Below are positions 38,381 to 48,706 of a stretch of DNA of 58,995 nucleotides, in pieces. The notes beneath the pieces are model-generated. The model saw only the letters and a program-made list of their open reading frames with translations, was not told the origin of the DNA and searched no databases. Origin of the DNA: a virus. Its lineage: Duplodnaviria; Caudoviricetes. The stretch's first letter is position 1, and each line of letters starts with the position of its first letter. The stretch covers positions 1 to 58,995 of IMG/VR virus record IMGVR_UViG_3300012163_000002. One strand, given 5' to 3'. The translations under genes and the position numbers were made by a program.

Positions 38381-40639
38381 ATGACCGAGACGATTCGAGG
38401 CAAGTGCCGTCGTGTGAGATTCGCGAACCCCGACAGCGGGTTCTCGATCGGTGAGCTGCAGGTCGACGACGCATGCGTTGCGTTCAAGGGCAACGTGCTC
38501 GCAAAGGCTGGCGAGTTCCTCGAGCTAGTTGGCGACTGGCACGACGACCCGAAGTGGGGCCGGCAGTTCGTCGCAACGAGCGGTGTGGCGAAGATGGACG
38601 AAAGTCCGGAAGCACTAGCCGCGCTGCTGTCCGCTCGATCCGAGTTCAAGGGATTGGGCAAGGTGCGCGCGCGCCGGCTAGTTGACGCGGCGATCGCGCT
38701 CTCAAGCGACGGCGACATGGCGACCGGCCTGCGTGAGCACCCGGCCGAAGTCGCCGCGGCCGCCGGCATCGCGCTCGACATCGTGTGTAACGCGGCCGAC
38801 GTCTGGACGAAGGAGCGCGAGCACTATGACGCGCTGGGCGCGCTGATCGCGCAGGGTTGGACGAACGGACAGGCTGGCACGATCGTGCACTACCTGGGCA
38901 ACGGTGCGCCGTCGATGATCGCGGAGGATCCCTATTCGCTCATCGGCAAGATCCCGCGCTTCGGTTTCCGCACGGTCGACGCCGTCGCGCTGAAGCTCGG
39001 CATGGCCTCGACCGATCGTCGTCGCCTACAGGCCGGCGTCGCCTTCTGCCTCGATCAGATCGCCAGCAACGGCGACACGTGGACCACGCGCGAGGGACTC
39101 CTCGACACGGCCATGCAGGAGCTGCGGCCAGACACGCTCGAAGCCGAGGATCTGATCTTCGAAGCACTCGACACGCTGATTCGGCTGGGCATGGTGCACA
39201 CGGACACGAGCCCGGTCGGCACGGAGCTTGTTGCCGATGCGTACATCGCTGAGACTGAGTTCGACGTCTTCAAGCTGCTGATGGGGCGGCTTGGCACGAG
39301 ACTGGGAATGCTCCCGATCGACGGGCCGCGTTCAACGCCGGCGATTGCGCCGCTGAACGAGGGACAGCGTGCGAGCCTCAACGCGGCGCTGTCGTTCGGC
39401 TGCGCTGTCGTCTCCGGCGCCGGCGGCGTTGGGAAGACGTTCACGATGCGATCGGTTTGCACTGTCGCTGAGGAGAGCAAGCTGCGCGTCGCGCTCTGCG
39501 CTCCGACTGGCAAGGCTGCGCGCAAGCTCGCGCACGCGACCGGCCGGCCGGCCTCGACGATCCATCGGCTGCTCGAGCCGAAGTTTGACGAGCGCACCGG
39601 GCAGTTCGCTTTCCTGCGTCACGCCGGCAATCCGGTCGAGGCCGACCTGATCGTCATCGACGAGGTGTCGATGTGCGACGTCCAGCTGATGCGCGCGCTG
39701 CTGCGGGCGCTGCCGGACGGATGCCGGCTGCTGCTCGTCGGCGATCACAATCAGATCCCGCCTGTCGGCGCCGGTGCGATCCTGCGCGACCTGCTCGCTG
39801 CTCGCACGAAGTATTCAGATGCGATCCACGTGCTGACTGAGATCGTGCGCCAGGCCGGCGAGCTCGCACGCAACACGACCGCGATCCTCAGCGGCATCGT
39901 TGCGCCTTCGGCTCCGGGTTCGGTCGTCTGGCAGATCCACAAGACGGAGCGCGGAGACGAGGAGGGCACGGCCGCGATCGCCGCGACGATCGCCGACATG
40001 GTCGTGACGGCGCCAGAGCCGCTGCAGCCGTTCGGTCGCAAGCTCGATCTCGACTGGGACGTGCAGGTGCTCGCGCCGATGCGCAAGGGCCCGCTCGGCA
40101 CGTACAGGTTGAACGTGCACCTGCAGCGCCTGCGCCAGAAGCTGCTCGGCAACCCGCCGCCGGAGCCGACGGAAGAGAACAAGCCGCCGAAGCCGCTAGC
40201 CGGCGACCGCGTGATCTGGACGAAGAACGACTACGAGTTGGACCTGTTCAACGGCACGCAGGCGATCGTGCTTGGATTCCCCAAGGGAGGGATGCAGCTC
40301 TTTACTGAGGACGGCCGCGAGGTGATCGTCCCATCGTCGAAGCGCAGCAACGTCGAAGTCGCCTACGCGATGACGATCCACAAGAGCCAAGGCAGCGAGT
40401 GGCCGTTCGTGCTGCTCGTCGCCTCGAGTTCGCACTGGATCATGCACGACCGGAATCTGCTCTACACCGGCGCCAGTCGCTCGGCCGAATCGCTGATGAT
40501 CCTGGGCGACGCGACCGGTCTCGCACACTTCGCGCACGAGCGCAAGAGCGAGACCCGCCAGACGTTCGGCGCGTTCCTCGTGCACGGCTGGATCCCCCGC
40601 GGGAGAGACCCACTATCCGCTGTGCCGCCGGCACCCTGA
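38381..40639 (+). CDS. recD2: RecD2-like SF1B helicase
   Basis: OB/HhH N-terminus, SGAGGVGKT, APTGKAA, TIHRLL, DEVSM, GDHNQ, YAMTIHKSQGSE; SD AGGAGG. Confidence 0.92.
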   Translation: MTETIRGKCRRVRFANPDSGFSIGELQVDDACVAFKGNVLAKAGEFLELVGDWHDDPKWGRQFVATSGVAKMDESPEALAALLSARSEFKGLGKVRARRLVDAAIALSSDGDMATGLREHPAEVAAAAGIALDIVCNAADVWTKEREHYDALGALIAQGWTNGQAGTIVHYLGNGAPSMIAEDPYSLIGKIPRFGFRTVDAVALKLGMASTDRRRLQAGVAFCLDQIASNGDTWTTREGLLDTAMQELRPDTLEAEDLIFEALDTLIRLGMVHTDTSPVGTELVADAYIAETEFDVFKLLMGRLGTRLGMLPIDGPRSTPAIAPLNEGQRASLNAALSFGCAVVSGAGGVGKTFTMRSVCTVAEESKLRVALCAPTGKAARKLAHATGRPASTIHRLLEPKFDERTGQFAFLRHAGNPVEADLIVIDEVSMCDVQLMRALLRALPDGCRLLLVGDHNQIPPVGAGAILRDLLAARTKYSDAIHVLTEIVRQAGELARNTTAILSGIVAPSAPGSVVWQIHKTERGDEEGTAAIAATIADMVVTAPEPLQPFGRKLDLDWDVQVLAPMRKGPLGTYRLNVHLQRLRQKLLGNPPPEPTEENKPPKPLAGDRVIWTKNDYELDLFNGTQAIVLGFPKGGMQLFTEDGREVIVPSSKRSNVEVAYAMTIHKSQGSEWPFVLLVASSSHWIMHDRNLLYTGASRSAESLMILGDATGLAHFAHERKSETRQTFGAFLVHGWIPRGRDPLSAVPPAP

Positions 40640-40702
40640 GACACTAGGCGCGTGCGCGTGCACGTGCGCCGTTGTTTGATCTGGCGCGCGCAGCGAGTAG
40701 AA

Positions 40703-40734
40703 GGGGCGCGCGCGCCTACCGTCGCGCGCGCCCC
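40703..40734. repeat. Perfect 12-bp inverted repeat upstream of primase
   Basis: GGGGCGCGCGCG-8 nt-CGCGCGCGCCCC. Confidence 0.7.
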
Positions 40735-40793
40735 CAGTCTCGGCCTCGGCCGCGACTGTGCTCCGCAATCCTTCCAAGCCTGCGAAGTACCCC

Positions 40794-43700
40794 ATGAGCG
40801 TACCTGACCGTCCTTCGATTTACGACCGGCTCCGCAGACACCTTGACCCGCTCGACCTGATCCAACGGCTCGGTCTGACGATAACCCGAAAGCTCGGGGC
40901 CGAAGCCTACCTGGACCCGCTCTGTCACGAGTCGAGCAGCGGCGAGTCGCTGCAGGTCAACCTGCATACCGGCTCGTGGAATTGCAAAGCGTGCCAGTCC
41001 GCTGGCATGCGCGGCGACCTGTTCCACCTCGTCGAGTACGTGCAGACCGGAGGGCGCGCACCGTCGAAGGGCGAGGGCACAAGCGTAGCCCGCACCGAAG
41101 CGCTGCGCTGGCTCTGCGAGCAATTCGGCGAGCCGTTCAACGAGGGCCGCGACATCAACGAAGACGAGGCGTTGATCGGCCTCGAGACCTTCGTGCTCGC
41201 CGCGGCGACGTACCTGCTCGAGCGGCCCGACGTGCTCGAATGGATCGAGCAGAAGTGGGGATTCGATCTTGAAACCGTGGTCGCGTACCGCATCGGGTTC
41301 ATGCCCGTGCCGCTGCTGCCGGAGATCGCGAGCGACGCGACGAAGAACAAGCTGCGCTATCGATCCGCGGGCTTGGGTTGGTTCAAGGACGACAAGCTGC
41401 TGTCGCGATTCGAAGGACGAATCACGTTCCCGTATCTCGAGCACGGGCGCCCGGTCTACCTGATCGGTCGTGCGACTCCCTGGACGCCGAAGATCGAGGT
41501 CGAGGGCCGGCTGCCGATGCCGCCGCCCAAGTACCACAAGCTGTCGGTGCACTCGTCGACGCACACGTACGTGTCGCCGTCGATCACGAATCAGCACCTG
41601 TTCAACGAGACGGTGCTGAAGACGTGCGGTTCAGAGGTGGGCGTGCTCGAGGGTATCGCCGATGCCGTGGCCTTCTCGCACATCGGCGTCGACGTCGTGT
41701 CGCCGGTCACGATCTCGTTCAACGGTCCCGACCTGGAGCGGTTCGTCGCGAAGTGTCACGAGAACGGGATCGTCGTCGTGTGGATCCTGTTCGACAACGA
41801 GCTGTCCGGCTCCGGCAATTGGGCGGCCATCCGAACCGGCCGTCAGTTGATCGAGGGCGGCCTCGACGCGCGCGTGATCACACTTCCGCCAGGTCCGCAG
41901 CAGCTCGCAGCTCGCGGTGAGGTGCTCTCGGCGATCGGTCAGGAAGTACTCGACGAGTTGGAGGCAAGCGAGCCGCACAAGAGAAAGGAGCTGCTCAAGC
42001 AGAAAATTCCCGACCAGGTGCAGCGCGACTGGGTCGTGTCGCAGATCAATGCCGCGAAGATCGACGGCGCGGAATGGGTTGCGGCAATGGGCGCCGGCGC
42101 GGCCGAAGAGTTCCGCAAGCTGCGCCAGCAAGCCCGCAGCGTCGTTCGAATCCTAGCGGAGAAGATCGTCGTCGACCCGAAGGACGACGCCTTCGTCCGG
42201 CAGGCCGCGTTCGCTGACTTGATCGAGCTCGCCGCGCACCTCGACGTGCGCCAGCACCGCGAGGACGCGGCCGTGCTGATCGCCGAGCTTGCTGGCAAGG
42301 GCGTGACGAAGAAGGGCGACATCGAGCCCGCGATCGCCGAGGCGCGCCGCTCGATCGTGAAGCCCAAACGCGACAAGCTCGAGAAGGAGGCCGAGACCGA
42401 GACCAAGCGCGAGATTGCCAAGGCGCTGATCGTCCCGCCGCCGATGCAGCGCGAGCTACCGCCTGTGCCGCAGCTGCCGCCGACGTCGCCGTCGACTGCC
42501 CCGTCAAGGCCTGGCGCGCCAGCGGCGCCGGCGTTGCCTGGGAAGAAAGCCCCGAACCCCGAGGACACGTTCGAGCAGACGCGCGCCAACGTGGCGAAGG
42601 CCGTCGACGCGCGCCTGCCGGACGAGCAGGTCGGCAAGTTCGTGGCCGAGGTGTTCAAGCGCACGATGGGGTTCATGCCATTCGTCACGCCCGAGGGCGT
42701 GATTCTCGTTCGGCAGAACGAGCGCGTGGCCGTGAACATGGACAGGGGAGAACCGTTTCGAGACCTGCTCTACCACGTGAGCGGGCTTACGACGCGCCGG
42801 TCGTCGCACGGTGGCTACATCGCCGCGGTCGAGTTTCATCTTGGACAAGACGCGCGCCACGTCGAGGACGTCTCGTGGTCGCACGTGACCGAAGGCCGCT
42901 CGGTCTACTTCCCGACTGGCGACGCGCAGGGACGCATCCTGCACATCCAGCCGGGCGTCGTCACGCTCACGCGAATGAGCGAGGCGCGCGTGCCGGCCGT
43001 CGCCGGCGCCGACTTCAACCCGATTCGCTACGTGGACACGGCCGGCGGGATCGATCGAGTGTTCGACGTCTTCCGCTGGACGTCGCTGCCGCCCGAGCAG
43101 CGACTCGTGCTGCTCTACTGGCTCGTGTGCCTGCCGGTACTGCGGCGCATCGGCACGATCCCTATCGTGCGCATCCAAGGCGGCAGTTCGTCTGGCAAGA
43201 CGCGTGCGATCGACGCCGTCGGACACTTGGTCAATGGACGGAAGTCGTCGAGCGTCCCGACCGCGGCCGCGCTCACGTCCCGGCTGTCGCGCGAAATGCT
43301 GACCGTCGACGACAACCGCGAGACGGCAGACGTGTCGCCGGCGTTCCTGTCGACGCTGCTGCAGGCCACGCACCTGGGCGCGCGCGAGAAGCGGAAGGGC
43401 AACACGGATACCGGTACCGTGCTCGAGCGCGTGTCCGGCGCGCTGCTGATGAACGGCATCGAGCCTATTCACGACGGCAAGCCCGAGCTCGCGTCGCGCA
43501 TCCTGACGTTGCGCTGTAGCGAGAAGCACGTCGAGAAGGACAGCCCGCGGGACAACTTCGTGTTGATGACCACGATCGCTACGGCGCGCGACGCCTTTTG
43601 GAGCGAGGCTGTCCGCCGCTGCGCCTGGGCGATGCAGCTCGATCTGGACCACGGCGAGCGCCTGGGTGCCGAGATCGAGCACCTGTTCGGCGCCGCGCGA

Positions 43701-44264
43701 GTCGGCCGAACATCGTCCTACCTGCGCATGATGTACCTCGCCTGGGTCGCGGGGCTCGAGGCGGTCAATCAGCCGGCGGCCTTGGTGAGCGTTGCGACGC
43801 TGTGGGCCGACGCGTTCCGGTCGATTGGGGAGGGTTCGCTGGGCTCCCTGATCATGGAGGAGCTGTGCGTGACCGCGGTCAGCTACGTGTTCGACCACGG
43901 CGCCGAGTTGGCAGAGAAGGACCCGGACGAGCCCGAGTTCCGCAAGTCGTTCGACGGGAAGTACGTCCAGGACCCCGCCGGCGGGATCGAGGTGCTGGGA
44001 CCGCTTCGGCATACGCAGCTCGCCAGGCTCGCCAGGAGCTCCGCTAAGGCCATGAACGGCCCTGACTCGGTGCAACGCTCGCTGCGGGCCGGGCAGCTGC
44101 AGGAGAGGCTCCTGGACGGCCGTGCGTACCTGGAGGCAGCGGGCTTCGCCGTCGACGTCGAGCAGACCAACGGCGGGCGCCTGCGCTGGACATTCTCGCG
44201 AGAGCTGACCGGCAGGCCGACGAGGGCAAAGGCTCCGGGCTGGGACACGTGGACGCCTACCTAA
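40794..44264 (+). CDS. DnaG-type primase fused to helicase/ATPase
   Basis: Zn finger (LCHE..WNCKAC), RFEGRITFP, TOPRIM EGIADA and FDNE, Pro linker, Walker A GGSSSGKT, Walker B LTVDDN. Confidence 0.88.
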   Translation: MSVPDRPSIYDRLRRHLDPLDLIQRLGLTITRKLGAEAYLDPLCHESSSGESLQVNLHTGSWNCKACQSAGMRGDLFHLVEYVQTGGRAPSKGEGTSVARTEALRWLCEQFGEPFNEGRDINEDEALIGLETFVLAAATYLLERPDVLEWIEQKWGFDLETVVAYRIGFMPVPLLPEIASDATKNKLRYRSAGLGWFKDDKLLSRFEGRITFPYLEHGRPVYLIGRATPWTPKIEVEGRLPMPPPKYHKLSVHSSTHTYVSPSITNQHLFNETVLKTCGSEVGVLEGIADAVAFSHIGVDVVSPVTISFNGPDLERFVAKCHENGIVVVWILFDNELSGSGNWAAIRTGRQLIEGGLDARVITLPPGPQQLAARGEVLSAIGQEVLDELEASEPHKRKELLKQKIPDQVQRDWVVSQINAAKIDGAEWVAAMGAGAAEEFRKLRQQARSVVRILAEKIVVDPKDDAFVRQAAFADLIELAAHLDVRQHREDAAVLIAELAGKGVTKKGDIEPAIAEARRSIVKPKRDKLEKEAETETKREIAKALIVPPPMQRELPPVPQLPPTSPSTAPSRPGAPAAPALPGKKAPNPEDTFEQTRANVAKAVDARLPDEQVGKFVAEVFKRTMGFMPFVTPEGVILVRQNERVAVNMDRGEPFRDLLYHVSGLTTRRSSHGGYIAAVEFHLGQDARHVEDVSWSHVTEGRSVYFPTGDAQGRILHIQPGVVTLTRMSEARVPAVAGADFNPIRYVDTAGGIDRVFDVFRWTSLPPEQRLVLLYWLVCLPVLRRIGTIPIVRIQGGSSSGKTRAIDAVGHLVNGRKSSSVPTAAALTSRLSREMLTVDDNRETADVSPAFLSTLLQATHLGAREKRKGNTDTGTVLERVSGALLMNGIEPIHDGKPELASRILTLRCSEKHVEKDSPRDNFVLMTTIATARDAFWSEAVRRCAWAMQLDLDHGERLGAEIEHLFGAARVGRTSSYLRMMYLAWVAGLEAVNQPAALVSVATLWADAFRSIGEGSLGSLIMEELCVTAVSYVFDHGAELAEKDPDEPEFRKSFDGKYVQDPAGGIEVLGPLRHTQLARLARSSAKAMNGPDSVQRSLRAGQLQERLLDGRAYLEAAGFAVDVEQTNGGRLRWTFSRELTGRPTRAKAPGWDTWTPT

Positions 44265-44327
44265 CGGCAGCCTAACGTGAGGGGGAATCTCGCGCGCATA
44301 AAGACGAAAGGAACACCCACGCGCGGA

Positions 44328-44365
44328 GCGCAGGCGCGCGCGTGCGCACGCGCGTACGCCTGCGC
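44328..44365. repeat. Palindrome of alternating purine-pyrimidine; candidate replication origin
   Basis: Perfect 18-bp CGCGCGTGCGCACGCGCG (44337-44354) extended by 9 bp each side across a 2-nt bulge. Confidence 0.6.
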
Positions 44366-44534
44366 GTCGCGCCTGTCAATTCTTCTTCTCTTTCCATACC
44401 GGGTTTTCCCCTTCTGCCGGTCCCCCCGAAACGCTCTCCGCGAGGATGACTCAAGCGGACCGTTTCGAGCCTGTTCGGCGGGTTACACTTTGAGCCATCC
44501 TTCCATTCCACGACCCTCAATCGAGCCCTCTACC

Positions 44535-45866
44535 ATGCCCGAGATTCCGACCGATCCGATGACCGTCGTCCGCCTGACCGTGGACAGCTTCAAGCGATTG
44601 CGTGCTGCGCACCTGACCCCCAGCCCGATCGGCCTCGTGCCGGTGCTAGGCAAGAACACTGACGGCAAGTCCTCGACGATCGAGTCGATGCTATCGGCCT
44701 TCGGGATCGAGCGGCCGCTGCTCCCGATCACGCAGGGCGAGCACAGCTCCGACGTCGTGGTCGAGCTCGCCAACGAGGCGGGTCAGGTGCTGCTCGTCGT
44801 GCGCCAGCATTGGAGCCGCGACAGCGCCGGCAAGGCGAAGGCCCGGCTGTCCGTCGAGGGCGCCGATGGCACCCCGTTCGCGTCGCCTGCGGCGGTGATG
44901 AAGGAGCTGGTCGGGTTCGCCGCGGATCCCGGCGCGTTCCTGGACATGAAGCCAGAGGACCAGGTCAAGACCGTGCTCGCAGTGCTCGGCCTCGCTGAGC
45001 AGCTCGATGCCCTCGAGTCCGACGCCAAGGGGCTGTACGACCAGCGGCGCGACGTTGGGCGCGACGCGGATCGACTCTCGAAGGCCGCGGCGCAGATGGT
45101 GAGCGAGGTCGAAGGCCTGCCCCCGCCTCCAGCCGGCGGCAGCATCGAGGAGCTGACCACGCAGCTGACACGCGCGAAGGACCATAACGCGGCGATCGAT
45201 GCGCAGCACCAGGCCCAGGCCGCTGCCAGGTCGCGCGGTGAAGAAGCGAGCGCGCGGCTCGTGCGGTTGCGCGAGGAGATCTTGAAGCTCGAGCAGGAGA
45301 TCGAGGCACAGCGCGGCGCGTGGTCCGCGGCGAAGAGCGCGCTCGACGGCATGGGCGGTCTGATCGCGACGTTGCCGATCCTGCAGGCCTTGGCAGCGCA
45401 CGAGGAGGCCAGCCGTTATGCCGGCCGGCGCGAACAGATGCTGGGCACGGTCGAAGAAGCGAACGTCGCTGTGGCCGCGCACGGCGCCGTCGATGCGAAG
45501 CTCGCGGCCAAGCGTGAAGAGATCACGGCGTTGCTCGCCGGCGTCGCTTTTCCGATCCCCGGTATGGCCTACGATCCCGACGAGAAGCAGATCACGCTCG
45601 CCGGTATCCCGCTGCAGCAGGCATCGCAGGGCGAGAAGCTGCGCGTTGCCGCGGCCGTATCGATGGCCGGCGCGCCGCGCATTCGTGCGATCTTCGTCCG
45701 CGAGGGGTCGCTGCTTGATCGCCAGAGCCAGGCGTTGCTCGCAGAGATCGCACTCGCGAACAAGTTCCAGCTGTGGCTCGAGCTGGTCGACGAGCCCGAT
45801 CCCGTGACCGGCGTTCGTCGCGCGGGGATCTGGATCGAGGACGGCGAGGCGCGAGAGTTTGCATGA
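44535..45866 (+). CDS. SMC/Rad50-like ABC ATPase
   Basis: FKRL, GKNTDGKSS, coiled coil, ASQGEK signature, IFVREGSLLD; true start probably 44535. Confidence 0.85.
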   Translation: MPEIPTDPMTVVRLTVDSFKRLRAAHLTPSPIGLVPVLGKNTDGKSSTIESMLSAFGIERPLLPITQGEHSSDVVVELANEAGQVLLVVRQHWSRDSAGKAKARLSVEGADGTPFASPAAVMKELVGFAADPGAFLDMKPEDQVKTVLAVLGLAEQLDALESDAKGLYDQRRDVGRDADRLSKAAAQMVSEVEGLPPPPAGGSIEELTTQLTRAKDHNAAIDAQHQAQAAARSRGEEASARLVRLREEILKLEQEIEAQRGAWSAAKSALDGMGGLIATLPILQALAAHEEASRYAGRREQMLGTVEEANVAVAAHGAVDAKLAAKREEITALLAGVAFPIPGMAYDPDEKQITLAGIPLQQASQGEKLRVAAAVSMAGAPRIRAIFVREGSLLDRQSQALLAEIALANKFQLWLELVDEPDPVTGVRRAGIWIEDGEAREFA

Positions 45867-45943
45867 GCTGCGCCTTGCCTCGTCGCCGCACCCCGCTGTA
45901 AAAGGGGCGCAGGAATCCCAACCCCCAACCCCAGCGAGCAACG

Positions 45944-46330
45944 ATGACGAAGAAGAAGGCAGCGACGAAGACACCCACCCAGGCGCCTGCGAAAACCGCG
46001 CCCGCCGACCCGAAGCTGTCCGCCGGCAAGAAGGCCGCGGCTACGAAGGCTGCGAAGGCGAGCGCGGCGGTCGCGACTCCGAAGGAGAAGCCGAAGGAGG
46101 TCGACGTCAAGAACCTGAGCGAAGCCGAAACGCGCAAGCGCTGCGTCGCGATCTACCGGCTCGAGCGCACGATCGAAAGCAAGCGCGCGGTGCACGACGT
46201 CGCCAAGCGCAGCGCGGCGTCGGCAAAGAAGGCGCTGACCGATGCCGAGGACGCGCTCGCGAAGGAGATCAACGATCAGCGGTTCGGTCCCGGCCCGTTG
46301 TTCAATGCGACCGGAGACGGCCCCGCGTGA
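45944..46330 (+). CDS. Lys/Ala-rich basic hypothetical protein
   Basis: Histone-H1-like N-terminus plus coiled coil. Confidence 0.7.
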   Translation: MTKKKAATKTPTQAPAKTAPADPKLSAGKKAAATKAAKASAAVATPKEKPKEVDVKNLSEAETRKRCVAIYRLERTIESKRAVHDVAKRSAASAKKALTDAEDALAKEINDQRFGPGPLFNATGDGPA

Positions 46331-46902
46331 AGAAGCAGACGAACCCCTGGCCGGCGACTCAGTCCCAAACGAGGGAGGTCGCCGACCTGGTCCCGTACGC
46401 GCGCAACGCACGCAAGCACTCCGACGAACAGGTCGCGAAGATCGCGCGCAGCATCCGCGAGTTCGGTTGGACGAACCCGGTGCTCGTCAACGAGGCCGGC
46501 GGAATCATCGCCGGTCACGGCCGCGTGCTCGCTGCGCAGTCGCTCGGGATTCGTGAGGTGCCGGTGATCGTTGCCGTCGGCTGGACTGATGCTCAGCAAC
46601 GTGCGTACGTGATCGCCGATAACAAGCTGGCGCTCGAGGCCGGCTGGGATCGCGAGACGTTGGCGCTCGAGTTCGCCGAGCTCGCTGCGCTCAACTTCGA
46701 TCTGACGCTGACCGGCTTCGACGATGCGCTGACGAAGGGCGGCGACTCCGTGTCTCGTCTGCAGACGCCGAAGGCCATCGAGTTCACCTGGGCGTTGATT
46801 GGTGTGCCCGTCGCGCACATGGGCGACCTTGCGATGATGATCGAGAAGGCGCAGGGCATCGAGGGCGCGATCATCGAAGTGGCCGACGGGAAGCGCGGAT
46901 GA
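46327..46902 (+). CDS. ParB/Srx-like N-terminal domain protein
   Basis: LVPYARNARKHS..QV..IA.SIREFGWTNPVLV..IIAGHGR..AYVIADNKL. Confidence 0.9.
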   Translation: MKKQTNPWPATQSQTREVADLVPYARNARKHSDEQVAKIARSIREFGWTNPVLVNEAGGIIAGHGRVLAAQSLGIREVPVIVAVGWTDAQQRAYVIADNKLALEAGWDRETLALEFAELAALNFDLTLTGFDDALTKGGDSVSRLQTPKAIEFTWALIGVPVAHMGDLAMMIEKAQGIEGAIIEVADGKRG

Positions 46903-47513
46903 CCGACAACGACAACCTCACGAGCAAGCTGTCGTTGCGCCGCTACTTTCTCGAGCGCTACCACGCTGATGAACCGCCGCGCGTTTTCGATGCGTGCCAG
47001 GGCAGTGGCGTGATCTGGACGAACCTGCGCGACGAGTACAAGGTCGCGACGTACTGGGGTTGCGATCTCAAGCGCAAGGCAGGGCGCGTGCACGCTGACA
47101 GCGTGGAGCTGCTCAAGGCTGGGTTGTCCGAGAACGTGATCGACGTTGACACGTACGGCAGTCCGTGGGCGCACTGGTCGGCGATCTTGAAGGGCGCGAA
47201 GATCGCGCGCACCGTGTTCCTGACCATCGGCGAGCACGGCGTTCGGAAGCGGCCGCTGACGCTCGCCGAGGCCGAGCTGCTCGGGCTCGCGAAGCTCTAC
47301 ACGTCGATGCCGAACAAGATGAAGTTGCGACTGGCGAAGGTGATGACCCTTCGAATGATCGCTTGCGCCGAGCTGCACGGGTTCCGCGTGGTCGAGCTGG
47401 CCGAGTCATCCAGGGGTCTTTCTGCGCGCTACCTTGGCGTGCGGCTGGAGCCGATCAAGCCCGCTGCCTCCAACCTGCCGACGCGTCCAGTGCCGCCCCA
47501 GGCCGCCGCATAG
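46899..47513 (+). CDS. SAM-dependent methyltransferase-like protein (Trm1/TcmP-like)
   Basis: VFDACQGSG motif I, WGCD, ADS, VIDVDTYGSPW motif IV. Confidence 0.7.
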   Translation: MTDNDNLTSKLSLRRYFLERYHADEPPRVFDACQGSGVIWTNLRDEYKVATYWGCDLKRKAGRVHADSVELLKAGLSENVIDVDTYGSPWAHWSAILKGAKIARTVFLTIGEHGVRKRPLTLAEAELLGLAKLYTSMPNKMKLRLAKVMTLRMIACAELHGFRVVELAESSRGLSARYLGVRLEPIKPAASNLPTRPVPPQAAA

Positions 47514-47535
47514 GAAGTTTCTGCACACCACCCCC

Positions 47536-47570
47536 GCCCCCAGGGCTCCATACGGGCCTGGGGGCTTTTT
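47536..47570 (+). terminator. Intrinsic terminator
   Basis: GCCCCCAGG / CCTGGGGGC stem plus TTTTT. Confidence 0.8.
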
Positions 47571-47583
47571 CGTGCCCTAGCCA

Positions 47584-47634
47584 AGTTGGTATTTCATCGA
47601 ATCCCCTACGGCCTGCGCACGCTCCTGCCGATAC
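47584..47634 (+). promoter_or_regulatory. Promoter region: repeated 17-mer plus sigma28-like motif
   Basis: AGTTGGTATTTCATCGA, then TACG-16-GCCGATAC. Confidence 0.45.
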
Positions 47635-47695
47635 ACTTATTGCGGGGGGAACGGTTCCCCCTGGAACCTGAAACGAGACAAGAGAGAGACTGACA

Positions 47696-48706
47696 ATGGC
47701 TCACGAAATCATGGCAACGGATCGCTTCGCCGAAACCCGCAAGAATGGCAAGCGCGCTTGGCACGGCCTGGGGATCGAGATCGAAGAAGGCCTGTCCGCC
47801 GTCGACGGCTTCCGCCGCGTCGGCCTGGACTGGACGACGAGCCTCGCCCCGCTGACTGCGACGATGCCCGATGGGACTACGATCGACGTCCGCGGCAAGG
47901 CGGCGCAGATTCGCAACGACACGCTCGGCGTGCTCGGCGTCGTCGCTGACGACTACCCTTCGGTCGAGAACATGGAGCTTGCTGAATTCGGTGACAGCCT
48001 GCGCGGCGAAGGCCTGAAGCTGGAGACGGCTGGTAGTTTGCGCGACGGCAAGACGGTGTTCGCGCTGCTCAAGCTCCCCGACCCGATCATCGCCGGCAAG
48101 GACGATGCGGTGCAGGTCTATACGCTGCTGACGAACGGCCACGGCGGTACGGGTAGCTTCGCGATCTATCCGACGAGCGTTCGCGTTGTGTGCGCGAATA
48201 CGCTCCGCTGGTCGGAGAAGGATGCGGCGAAGGGCCTGTCGTTCATTCACTTCGGCAAGACGACGACCGAGGAGCGTCTGAAGACGGCGCGCACGGCGCT
48301 CGGCCTGATGACGGTCGAGACGAACAAGTTCCGTGAGCAGGTCGACGCGATGGTTCGCACGAACCTGAGCGCGAGCAAGGCGAAGGACCTGTTCCTCTCG
48401 ATCTACGATGCGACGTTCGGCGCGATTCCTGGTGACGTCGATTCGAAGACTGCGGCGAAGCTGCGCGATCGTCGTACCCTGATCCTCGACGCGTGGCAGG
48501 TCAACTTCGCCAACGAGCGGAACAATCTCGCCGGCATCGAAGGCAGCGCGTGGTCGGCCCTCAACGCGGCGACCGAATACCACGATCACCAGCGTGGTCA
48601 TTCAGAGGACGACAGCGAGCAGAGGACTACCAGCAATCTGTTCGGTGTTTCGCACATCGACAAGCGCAAGGCGCTGAGGATCGTCTTGGCCGCTACGAAG
48701 CAATGA
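47696..48706 (+). CDS. DUF932 / LGT_TIGR03299-family protein
   Basis: MAHEI..AWHGLG, GLDW, ETAGSL..G..VF, NGHGG, T.VRVVCANTL, SAW.A.NA.TEY.DH. Confidence 0.9.
   Translation: MAHEIMATDRFAETRKNGKRAWHGLGIEIEEGLSAVDGFRRVGLDWTTSLAPLTATMPDGTTIDVRGKAAQIRNDTLGVLGVVADDYPSVENMELAEFGDSLRGEGLKLETAGSLRDGKTVFALLKLPDPIIAGKDDAVQVYTLLTNGHGGTGSFAIYPTSVRVVCANTLRWSEKDAAKGLSFIHFGKTTTEERLKTARTALGLMTVETNKFREQVDAMVRTNLSASKAKDLFLSIYDATFGAIPGDVDSKTAAKLRDRRTLILDAWQVNFANERNNLAGIEGSAWSALNAATEYHDHQRGHSEDDSEQRTTSNLFGVSHIDKRKALRIVLAATKQ

Noticed and set aside
46327-46902. ParB as evidence for a phage-plasmid partition system
   Set aside because: It is the methylase-associated ParB-N type with no HTH and no adjacent ParA.
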